Assembly (NCBI GenBank): GCA_963784995.1
Contig: CAWATZ010000006.1
Location: forward strand, 264,853-328,852
Reading direction: 5' to 3'
Source: an uncultured Planctomycetota bacterium
GTDB taxonomy: Bacteria; Planctomycetota; Planctomycetia; Gemmatales; Gemmataceae
DNA: 64,000 nt
The first letter of the stretch is position 1, and every line of letters begins with the position of its first letter. Below the pieces are notes generated by a model. It was not told the origin of the DNA and did not search any database. It was given only the letters and a program-made list of their open reading frames with translations. The position numbers and the translations under genes were made by a program. Shown in pieces: positions 10,800-18,517 of this stretch.

Positions 10800-11186
10800 A
10801 GGCAGATGACGCTCCGGCGTCGCAGCAATTGGCAACTTCGCCTCCATCGACTGCGACGCGGCAGGTGAGTCAACTGCTCGTCGGGCGCCGACGAACGGCT
10901 ACCAGCCGGTGTCTAACCTGAACGAGATCAGCGCCCCCGGCTTCAATAGCGCCTGGCCTTTCTCGGTGAACTCGACGAGGAGCCCATCAGGTTGCCGCTC
11001 GACCCGGAACAGTGTCCTGTCCACCGGCCCCCGCGCCAGGGGATCTTCAACCAGCGCGTAGTAAGTGCCGTCCAGGCCCAGCCTATCGTCGCGTAAACCG
11101 TCCCGGACGCCAACACAGAGAGACAGCGGATCGCCCGTGCAGCCGTAGTCCGACGGGATGCCGGTCAGTCGGAACTTGACCGGTAT

Positions 11187-11602
11187 TTAACGCCGATTTC
11201 CACGGAGCGGTAATTCCTCACACGCCAACGAGAAAGCGACAAAGTAGGTCATGATTATCCGTGTACAATTCCTGGGGAAACCCCTTCTTCCGGACAGACC
11301 AGTGGTGAGATGGAGCATCCCGTGTGAGTCTTTTCACGGGAGAAACAGGGAACTTCCGGGACCCAAAATCTAGCGATCCGTTTAGTGGCTTTCTGATTCG
11401 CCTGCGCCGACGCACTGGGAATACAGCCGATTGCGGTCGTGCTACTCCAATAGCGACAATGGGGAGAGTATAAATTAACATTGCCAACTCGGCCTCCGGA
11501 TTACCGGAAATACTTCACAAGGCAATCCGTATTCCCCGAAAAACCCTGACCTCCCCCCGAAAAAGTGTGAGGAATTACCGCCCCGTGGAAATCGGCGTTC
11601 AA
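11187..11602. mobile_element. 416-bp element bounded by ~37-bp near-perfect terminal inverted repeats (TTAACGCCGATTTCCACGGAGCGGTAATTCCTCACAC ... GTGTGAGGAATTACCGCCCCGTGGAAATCGGCGTTCAA); MITE-like, lower-GC interior, no convincing ORF
   Basis: Left arm 11187-11223, right arm 11565-11602, 1-2 mismatches. Interior ORF 11218..11487 looks spurious. Confidence 0.4.
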
Positions 11603-11665
11603 GAGAAGCGGGTTGTGCCCCGCCTGCAGACGGGGCTGCCATACTCTGCTCCGGTCACAACCTGA

Positions 11666-13231
11666 TCACCACCTTGCACCCCGGCAGCGCCTCGCGCAGG
11701 CGCTGGCCCCTTCCTCGGTGATCGCCGTACCGAAGGCGTAGACAGACCGCAGTTTCTTGAGGCCGCGCAAGTGGACGAGGGCGCCGTCGCCCCGGTTCCC
11801 CACGTAGCTGAGCGTCAGGGAGCAAAGGTTCTCCAGATCCGCCAGCGCCGCCAGGCCGTCGTCTGTAACCCCGTGCAGGTTCTCCAACCGGAGTTGCTCC
11901 AGGCCGGCCAGGGCGGCGACGTGGCGGATGCCCGCGTCGGTGACGTGGTCACAGCCGTTGAGCTTCAGCTCGCGCAGCCCCTGGAGCCCGCGCAGCAAGC
12001 CCAGAGAGTCATCGGTCAGGTGGCGGCAGAACACCAGGTCGAGGGCGCGCAGGGAAGGCAGCTCTGCCAGGACAGCGAACCCGGAGGCAGAGATCCGTTC
12101 GTTGTGGCCCATCTCGAGGCGCTCCAGGACCGGGGCGGTGGTCAGGCGGGCCAGGGCAGCGTCGGAAAGGCCGCTGCACTCCGAGCAGTCGAGTTCGCGC
12201 AGGGAAGGCAGGCGTGCGATCGTCTCGAAGCCTTCAGCGCCGGGCCTGGTGCGGCGCACGTCCAGCTTGCGCAAGCTCTCCAGGCCCGCCAGGTGGGCGA
12301 CCCCAGAGTCGGATAGGCCGGTGCAGTAGGCGAGGTCCAGCACCTCGAGACGCGACATGCCGGCCACGCAGGCGAACCCTGCCGCGGTCAGGTTGGCGCA
12401 GAAGCAGAGATGGAGCTTCCGCAAATTGACCAGGGCGCGGAGGCGAGCGGCGCCGGTGTCTCCGAGGGACTTGCTGGCGCGAAGGTCGAGGTGTTGCAAG
12501 CCAGTCAGGTCGCCAACGTGAGCGAGGGCGGCGTCGGTCCGCGGGGTCTTCAGCCCCAGGGACAAGGAGCGGAGGCGGGAAAGGTCAGCCAGCGGCTCCA
12601 GACCGGCCGGGTCGAGGGCCGGGTCGTCCAGGCTCAGGTCCAGAGAGTGGAATCGGGGCAAGCGGCGCAGGTGGCGGAGCCCGGGACCGCGGACGGGCTT
12701 GAGCGAACCCAGGCTCAACTCTTGCAAGCGCTCGAGTTCACCCAGAAAGGCGAGGCCGTCGTCGCTGAGGTGGGACGAGCCCCACAACGACAGCGTCCGC
12801 ACCGCCCCGACCCGGTCTGCCGTCAAATCTCCGTTGCGGGCGGACTGGACGCTCAGGCCCTCGACCCACCCGGAGCCGAGGGCCGCTCCCGCTGCCACCG
12901 GGAAGGATTTGCCGGCCAGGGAGCGCCCCAGCAAGTTGGCGGAAAGGAGGCCGTCGCGAACGTACCAGGATCCCGAGGGCCGACCCAGCCAGGGCCCCCG
13001 GAGCGACTCGAGGATCGCGTCGGCACGGACCCGGTCGGGGCTGCGGGCATCCCAGGGAAGCCGGTCGCTGGTGGCCGAGAGGCGCACCATTTCCCCGCGT
13101 GGGTCGCCGCGTCGGTCGAGCCAGTCGGCCAGCCCCAGACGGGGTGCAAGCTCTTCGGGCGCGTCGTGGCAGGTGGCCAGCAGGGCCATTTCTTCTGCGG
13201 TGGGGACAAAGTGGGCACTGCGGCGAGCCAT
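11666..13231 (-). CDS. Leucine-rich-repeat (CC-type LRR) protein with N-terminal repeat-companion domain (TIGR02996-like, ...LADWLDRRGDPRGEMVRL...)
   Basis: Many LxxLxLxxC LRR units. N-terminus matches the ADWLEE-GDP-RAEFIRL type motif that I recall as TIGR02996 of Gemmata repeat proteins. Confidence 0.75.
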   Translation of the reverse strand: MARRSAHFVPTAEEMALLATCHDAPEELAPRLGLADWLDRRGDPRGEMVRLSATSDRLPWDARSPDRVRADAILESLRGPWLGRPSGSWYVRDGLLSANLLGRSLAGKSFPVAAGAALGSGWVEGLSVQSARNGDLTADRVGAVRTLSLWGSSHLSDDGLAFLGELERLQELSLGSLKPVRGPGLRHLRRLPRFHSLDLSLDDPALDPAGLEPLADLSRLRSLSLGLKTPRTDAALAHVGDLTGLQHLDLRASKSLGDTGAARLRALVNLRKLHLCFCANLTAAGFACVAGMSRLEVLDLAYCTGLSDSGVAHLAGLESLRKLDVRRTRPGAEGFETIARLPSLRELDCSECSGLSDAALARLTTAPVLERLEMGHNERISASGFAVLAELPSLRALDLVFCRHLTDDSLGLLRGLQGLRELKLNGCDHVTDAGIRHVAALAGLEQLRLENLHGVTDDGLAALADLENLCSLTLSYVGNRGDGALVHLRGLKKLRSVYAFGTAITEEGASACARRCRGARW

Positions 13232-13514
13232 CGTTGTGGAACCTCCAGGTCAGGCGAGCGCGGTTGGTGCGGCACGTGTTCCCCGCCACACAATGATGGC
13301 TCGTCGCGCACTCCGAGTCGCCCGAGTAAAGGATACTGTCGTGCCAGAAATGTTGCAGCACCGGGTTGGGCGATCGCACCTGGGCTGCCCTTCCCAAGGA
13401 GGCTGCGTTGTCCTGGGGCTTTCGTTCCAGGGAAGATACTGCTGGCAGAACAGCAGGTCCTGTCAACCCGCTCCGCGGATCGCAATACGGCTACATCGGC
13501 GACCTCGTGTCGCA

Positions 13515-13610
13515 CCCGAACGCCGAAATTCAGCAGCGGCGGCCGCTCCTGAGACCTGGAATTACAGGAGCCATGTTGCGGCCGCCGTCTGCTGAAATGG
13601 TTGGTTCGGC
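13515..13610 (-). other. attC-like recombination site (96 bp) of the cassette carrying the aspartic-protease gene pair
   Basis: Read on the minus strand: GCCGAAC (R'') overlapping the stop codon, imperfect inverted repeat CAGCAGACGGCGGCCGC / GCGGCCGCCGCTGCTGAA, terminal GTTCGGG (R'). Confidence 0.55.
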
Positions 13611-13984
13611 TACCTGTGCCGGAGCCGTTTGATCGTTACTTTGCCGCGGTAACGAACTTGCATCTTCAACTCGTGACCGCGCAACAGCCTCATACCGACC
13701 AGGGGATCGGTGTCTGCTTCATCGACCAGAATTTGACGTACTTTGCTGTCCCAGACCACTTTACCCACGTACACCCGGAAAACGCAGGTGCTGCCGTCGG
13801 CCAGTGTTGCCCGTTGCGTGCTTTGCCAGCGCAGGCCCAAGAGCGTAATCAGAGCCGGCGGTAAGGTGAGCGCTCCGGTATATCCCGAGTCAATGACCGC
13901 TTCAATCTCTTGCTCGCGGCCCTTGCGACCTCGAACTGTCAAGCGAATACGGGCTTCGTCGGCCTTGACCGCGCCAGTAATCAT
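13610..13984 (-). CDS. Retropepsin-like (clan AA) aspartic protease, ~124 aa (DSGYTG active-site-like motif)
   Basis: Motif ...VIDSGYTGALTLP... Overlaps the upstream partner gene by 4 bp. Confidence 0.65.
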   Translation of the reverse strand: MITGAVKADEARIRLTVRGRKGREQEIEAVIDSGYTGALTLPPALITLLGLRWQSTQRATLADGSTCVFRVYVGKVVWDSKVRQILVDEADTDPLVGMRLLRGHELKMQVRYRGKVTIKRLRHR

Positions 13985-14259
13985 GGCAAGTCCTGGCGTA
14001 GTTGTCGCCCGCCGAATCTTCGCGTCGAGCGAGAGCCGATGCGCACCATCCAGATTTGTGCCTCGGGCAGGCGACGCCGCAGTTTGTTGCCTGCCTTCAT
14101 CTCATCGGCAGCAATTTCGTACTGACCCGTTTCTATGTCGATGGCGAGAAACTTGCCTGTGTCTTGGGCCGTCAGCTTGGGAAGAATCTCCTTTTCGTAG
14201 ATGGCATCGCCACGCCTCGCGAATTCTTCTTTGCTGTAGCGCGGTTGTAAGGTTGCCAT
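13981..14259 (-). CDS. Small partner protein (92 aa, DUF5678-like?) co-transcribed with the clan AA aspartic protease
   Basis: 4-bp overlap (translational coupling). ...KFLAIDIETGQYEIAADE... No confident family assignment. Confidence 0.55.
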   Translation of the reverse strand: MATLQPRYSKEEFARRGDAIYEKEILPKLTAQDTGKFLAIDIETGQYEIAADEMKAGNKLRRRLPEAQIWMVRIGSRSTRRFGGRQLRQDLP

Positions 14260-14493
14260 GCGTTTACTCCCGGAGCCGCTCTCGTATGAGGTTGCATTGT
14301 TCCCTGTTCATTTTACTGATCGACGTCCGCAGTCGCCAGCCCTAAACCGAGGGCCCATTTGATACTCCGCTTGGAGGTAATCTACCCTGCCCCCATTTCT
14401 CTCCAACGAAAAGAAGAAAAAAACCTGCAGCATTCCGGAGTGCGCCTATTGACAAAAGAGGTCAGTGAGCGGTGCGCCCGACGTTGTTTCGCC

Positions 14494-14883
14494 CTATAGC
14501 TCGAACCACGACACGGCCTCCGACATCTGTTTAGCGCGAAAGAACTCCTTGGCGACGGAGCATGCCGTCTCGAACGGGACGATGAAATCGTTTGGCGTTT
14601 GCTCGCCGCTTGCCGGATCGCAACCTCGATACACAAGCGTCGTCCATCCGCCTTCGGGCAAGCCGTGACCGCCGAGACACCGGAAGCCGGGGTGGCCATC
14701 CCGCGGGAAATAGTGGACATCGGCCACATCCCCGCTGACGCGGAGTGCCAGGGCGGGATACTTTTCCTCGTTGGGGGTCAGCCAGAATAATCCGCCTCCG
14801 CGATCGTCGCGCCAAGCAAGAGCTGCTTCCAAGCTCTTGTCGTCCTCCGCGTGCCACGTTTGACGATACCCGTCTATTCGCAC
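14494..14883 (-). CDS. Cassette-like small protein (129 aa), possibly Imm1-family polymorphic-toxin immunity protein
   Basis: ...AWRDDRGGGLFWLTPNEEKYPALALRVSGDVADVHYFP... resembles Imm1 signatures from memory. Small, minus strand, inside the attC array. Confidence 0.5.
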   Translation of the reverse strand: MRIDGYRQTWHAEDDKSLEAALAWRDDRGGGLFWLTPNEEKYPALALRVSGDVADVHYFPRDGHPGFRCLGGHGLPEGGWTTLVYRGCDPASGEQTPNDFIVPFETACSVAKEFFRAKQMSEAVSWFEL

Positions 14884-14898
14884 TGGAATCCTCTTCGC

Positions 14899-14997
14899 TG
14901 CGAACGAAAAGGATAAGCTGCCGGGGCCGCCTGCAAGACCTCCATGCCGCGCGAAACCAGGATGGCGGCCCCGGTCAGCTTCATCCGGTGGTTCGGC
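14899..14997 (-). other. attC-like recombination site (99 bp) downstream of the lipoprotein cassette gene
   Basis: Minus strand: GCCGAAC ... inverted repeat GCTGACCGGGGCCGCC / GGCGGCCCCGGCAGC ... GTTCGCA. Same architecture as 13515-13610 and 15684-15782. Confidence 0.45.
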
Positions 14998-15040
14998 GGC
15001 CTGCCACCCTGTGTTGGCCCAAGCCGGAATTGCCCCCTGG

Positions 15041-15658
15041 CTACTTCAACCCGTCCGTGAGACCTGGCTCCTTTTCTTGCAGATGTTTCAGCAGCACTTC
15101 CGCATAGCGCTCGACGTCCGCTGTCTCCTCAAGCTTCGGCACCTCAGCGGGCAGGGCGATCTTCTTCTGCTGATAGGTAGGCGAAGCGGCTGTCAGGTCC
15201 AGCACGAAGACTCGGCCGGCGGCAGGATCAACCTCCTTACCGCCCACGGTAAGCACCTCTTTCGTGACCGCCGTGCGTTCCTTATTTAGCTCGTAATGGG
15301 CCGCCGCTTCAATGCGCTTGCCGTTGATCGTGCAGACGCTTTTGACTTCCACATCGCCCTGGCTGCGCGCGTAGCCGTCCAGGCCGAGCGAGCTTTCGTT
15401 GGATGTGGGCGGCAGCTTGAAAAGAATGATGTAGGTCAGTTGCTGGGAGGTCTTGGGCTTCGTCACCGTGCCAAACGTCACCCCAGGCTTGCCGGGGAGG
15501 ACCACGAGATGGCCGCCCGAAACCGCGAAATCGTTCGTAGCGGAGAGGAAACCGGCCGTGGTAATTTTTGGCTGAGGAGCGACACGATTGCCACAGCCGA
15601 CGGCGCCCGTCAGGGCGATAAGCAGCCCAAAACCATGCCAAGCACAACGTGTGTTCAT
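15041..15658 (-). CDS. Hypothetical lipoprotein (signal peptide + lipobox LTGAVGC), cassette-encoded
   Basis: MNTRCAWHGFGLLIALTGAVGCGN... Minus strand between two attC-like sites. Confidence 0.65.
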   Translation of the reverse strand: MNTRCAWHGFGLLIALTGAVGCGNRVAPQPKITTAGFLSATNDFAVSGGHLVVLPGKPGVTFGTVTKPKTSQQLTYIILFKLPPTSNESSLGLDGYARSQGDVEVKSVCTINGKRIEAAAHYELNKERTAVTKEVLTVGGKEVDPAAGRVFVLDLTAASPTYQQKKIALPAEVPKLEETADVERYAEVLLKHLQEKEPGLTDGLK

Positions 15659-15683
15659 CCGGAATTGTCTCCCAGTGCTGCGA

Positions 15684-15782
15684 GTCGAACGCCCCGCTCA
15701 GCAGCCGGCTCACGCGGGCCAGACAGCGAAGCTCGACAAGACTCACTCGCGTGGCCGGTCTGCTGCAGCTTTTGGTTCGGCG
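15684..15782 (-). other. attC-like recombination site (99 bp) 8 nt downstream of the stop of ORF 15791..16348
   Basis: + strand: GTCGAACGCC-ccg-CTCAGCAGCCGGCTCACGCG ... CGCGTGGCCGGTCTGCTGCAGC-TTTTGGTTCGGC. Nearly identical ends to site 13515-13610 (GAACGCC...CAGCAGC / TCTGCTG...TTGGTTCGGC). Confidence 0.55.
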
Positions 15783-15790
15783 TTCCTTTG

Positions 15791-16348
<558 letters not shown>

Positions 16349-17048
16349 CCACGCTACTCCAAGAGGGCAGACCAGACGAGAGGTCTTTGTGTCTCAGGGA
16401 CGCACCAAGGTAGCCGCATTACGCGGCCCTCGACATCTGCATTTCCCTGTGAGGTCTGTTGGCTCTTGTTTGGAGATAACGGCGGGCAGTCCATTCGCCA
16501 TCCGCTCCGTTACGTCGTTGTTGTCACCCTGGCGGACCTTCACCCTGTCTGACCCATTACAGCTCAGCGTTCGGCTACTACGCCGCCTCCGCCATCCTGC
16601 CCGCTCGCTGGCATTGTCGCGTCTGTTGGCCCGGTTGGACTCCAGGTACAGATGCAGCGGTTTAGGATTTCCCACCTTCCGTAAGCACAGACTGTAGAAC
16701 CCTTAGCTGCCTGCTCCACGCCGGGTGGCTGGGTGACAACACGTTTGGCGTTCGGAAACCAAACGTCCCTCCACCATACCTTTTGGTCCAGGTGATGCAG
16801 CCGTTGCACCTGTTATCACTTACGACGCTCACTCGCAGGTTTCTCGCGTCAGCATCGGTTCAGGGTTCGACACGCAGCCACTTTCGGCTGGCAGCCGGTG
16901 TTCTTTGTCAGCAGGCTTCCCACCTTACCCTTTGCCAAAGGGGAACGCAGGCTGCTCAACCCTTACACCGTTGTCATGGTATAGCTCCTTCAGAGCAATC
17001 TGTACATACGTTAAGTGGCGCACCCGAACTTGTGATTAGGCTGACCGG

Positions 17049-17206
17049 CCGGTCAGCATATTTCTCCCGGTCAGCATATTTCGCCTGGTCTCGCTATCAA
17101 GGCTCCGGTCAGCCTATTTCCGCTTCCCGGTCCGCCTAGCAAGGCGTCGGTCAGCCTATTTCCAGCTGCCCGGTCAGCGTATTTTTCCCCGGTCAGCCTA
17201 TCACGG
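17049..17206. repeat. Array of seven direct repeats CCGGTCAGC[A/C]TATTTC (16-18 bp, spacing 0-22 bp), preceded by perfect palindrome CTGACCGGCCGGTCAG (17041-17056), about 120 bp upstream of intI
   Basis: Units at 17049, 17067, 17105, 17127, 17147, 17170 and 17189. Non-coding. Could be IntI accessory sites in attI or regulator binding sites. Confidence 0.6.
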
Positions 17207-17242
17207 TTTGTCCCCCAGTTCAATTTTTTTCTTTTTTTCTTC

Positions 17243-17272
17243 TTGACATCGTGACAGAGAAAAGTTAATGAT
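17243..17272 (+). promoter_or_regulatory. Sigma70-like promoter (TTGACA-N18-TAATGA) for intI in an AT-rich island
   Basis: TTGACA at 17243-17248, TAATGA at 17267-17272. The only AT-rich stretch in the region. RBS AGGAGG at 17312-17317. Confidence 0.35.
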
Positions 17273-17276
17273 CTCG

Positions 17277-17291
17277 TGTTCATATTGAACA
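17277..17291. promoter_or_regulatory. Perfect 15-bp palindrome TGTTCAtatTGAACA between the -10 element and the intI RBS; candidate operator (LexA-type?)
   Basis: Perfect 6-3-6 palindrome overlapping the predicted transcription start. I recall integron integrases being commonly SOS-regulated. Confidence 0.35.
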
Positions 17292-17323
17292 AAGAGTCAC
17301 ATTCCCTGTTCAGGAGGAAAGCC

Positions 17324-18142
17324 ATGTCTGATGATCGCGGTCCGTCCCCAGAGTCGTCCGCCCAGCCATCGCCGCCGCGCTTGCTCGACCAGTTGTGTCA
17401 AGTCGCACGGAAGCGTGGCCATGCCGAATGGACTGTGGCCGACTACGTCAAGTGGGTCCGCCGCCTGGTCCGCTTCCACGGCCAGCGCCATCCCCGGGAG
17501 CTGGGTCTTGCGGAAGTGTCCCAGTTCCTGGAGTCGGTTGCCCAGACGGAGAAAAACCCAGTCCGGGCCATCGCCGCCAGCCGGGAGGCCCTCGATTTCC
17601 TGTATCGCGAGGTGCTGTGCCTGGACCTGGGAGAGCTGCCCTGGCCGAGGCCGCCCCGGCTGCTCGACCAGGTCCGCCAGGTGCTGCGCGTCCGCCACTA
17701 TGCCCGCCGTACCGAGGACTGTTACCTCGGCTGGATCCTCCGCTTCATCTTCTTTCACAAGAAACGTCACCCCCGCGACATGGGCGCTGCCGAGGTGGAG
17801 CAGTTCCTCACCGACCTGGCGGTCCGCGGCCACGTCTCGGCCAGCACGCAAAACCAGGCGCTGAACGCCCTGGTGTTCCTGTATCAGCAAGTATTGGAGA
17901 TCGACCTGGGCCGGCTGGACGCGGTGCGGGCGCGGCGGCCGAAACGGCTGCCCGTGGTGCTGGCTCCCGAGGAAGTCGCGGCGGTGCTGCAACGCATCGA
18001 GGGAGGGGACGGCGTCTTCCAGTTGATGGCCCGGCTGCTCTACGGCTGCGGTCTGCGGCTGCTGGAATGCTGTCAGCTGCGTGTCAAGGACGTCCAGCTG
18101 GCCCGTGGGCAGATCGTCGTGCGCGGCGGCAAGGGGAACAAG
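17324..18142 (+). pseudogene. intI: Integron integrase intI remnant: IntI1-like N-terminal half with a tandemly duplicated, diverged N-terminal domain, truncated after GKGNK (no catalytic R-H-R-Y domain)
   Basis: ...HYARRTEDCYLGWILRFIFFHKKRHPRDMGAAEVEQFLTDLA...VSASTQNQALNALVFLYQQVL...RRLPVVLAPEEVAAVLQRIEGGDGVFQLMARLLYGCGLRLLECCQLRVKDVQLARGQIVVRGGKGNK aligns closely with IntI1 residues ~20-175. No frame downstream encodes a tyrosine-recombinase catalytic domain. Confidence 0.8.
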
Positions 18143-18228
18143 GAAGTAGCTGCCGTTGGGCAGGGTGCAACAGGAACAAGACCCAGGGATGGTAGCCGGG
18201 CACCGTCTGCCTGCCCGACAGCTCCTGG

Positions 18229-18305
18229 TCGTTGCAGCGTTGCAGTCCTTGCACGCATTGCACTGCAATGCAGGGCGGCTGGGCTGGCTGCAACGCTGCA
18301 ACGAC
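18229..18305. repeat. Inverted repeat (17-bp perfect arms TCGTTGCAGCGTTGCAG / CTGCAACGCTGCAACGA with an internally palindromic 43-nt loop) just downstream of the intI truncation point
   Basis: Left arm 18229-18245, right arm 18289-18305. Lies between convergent intI remnant and pentapeptide gene. Confidence 0.5.
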
Positions 18306-18517
18306 GCCTGGTTGCCCCTCGGAACCAGCGCAGCAAGCACCTCGAAGTGTCAAGTGGTCGCCCGCCCCAATCGTCCCGGAGGAGACCAAGCCGGAGGGGA
18401 GCCAGCGTGCCATCTCGCTGTGTGTGTGCCGCAGCGCCATGCAATCCATCCGCGCTCTGGCTTCCCTCCTTGCTTGTGCCGTCCGGGGTGTGGAACACGG
18501 CGCACCCCGGACGGCCC

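Noticed and set aside
11218-11487. 89-aa ORF inside the IR-bounded element
   Set aside because: Composition and translation look non-coding, there is no RBS, and it overlaps internal hairpins.
16349-17040. rRNA / tRNA / RNase P / tmRNA gene in the ORF-less stretch
   Set aside because: No conserved hallmarks (no GGTTCGAATCC T-loop, no P4 GGAAAGTCCGGGCTCC, no ANDENYALAA tag frame). A weak GTTAAGTGGCGCACC similarity to RNase P P10-12 is out of order with other motifs.
17049-17206. CRISPR array
   Set aside because: Repeats are only 16-18 bp with 0-22 bp irregular spacers and no cas genes nearby. Better explained as binding-site direct repeats.
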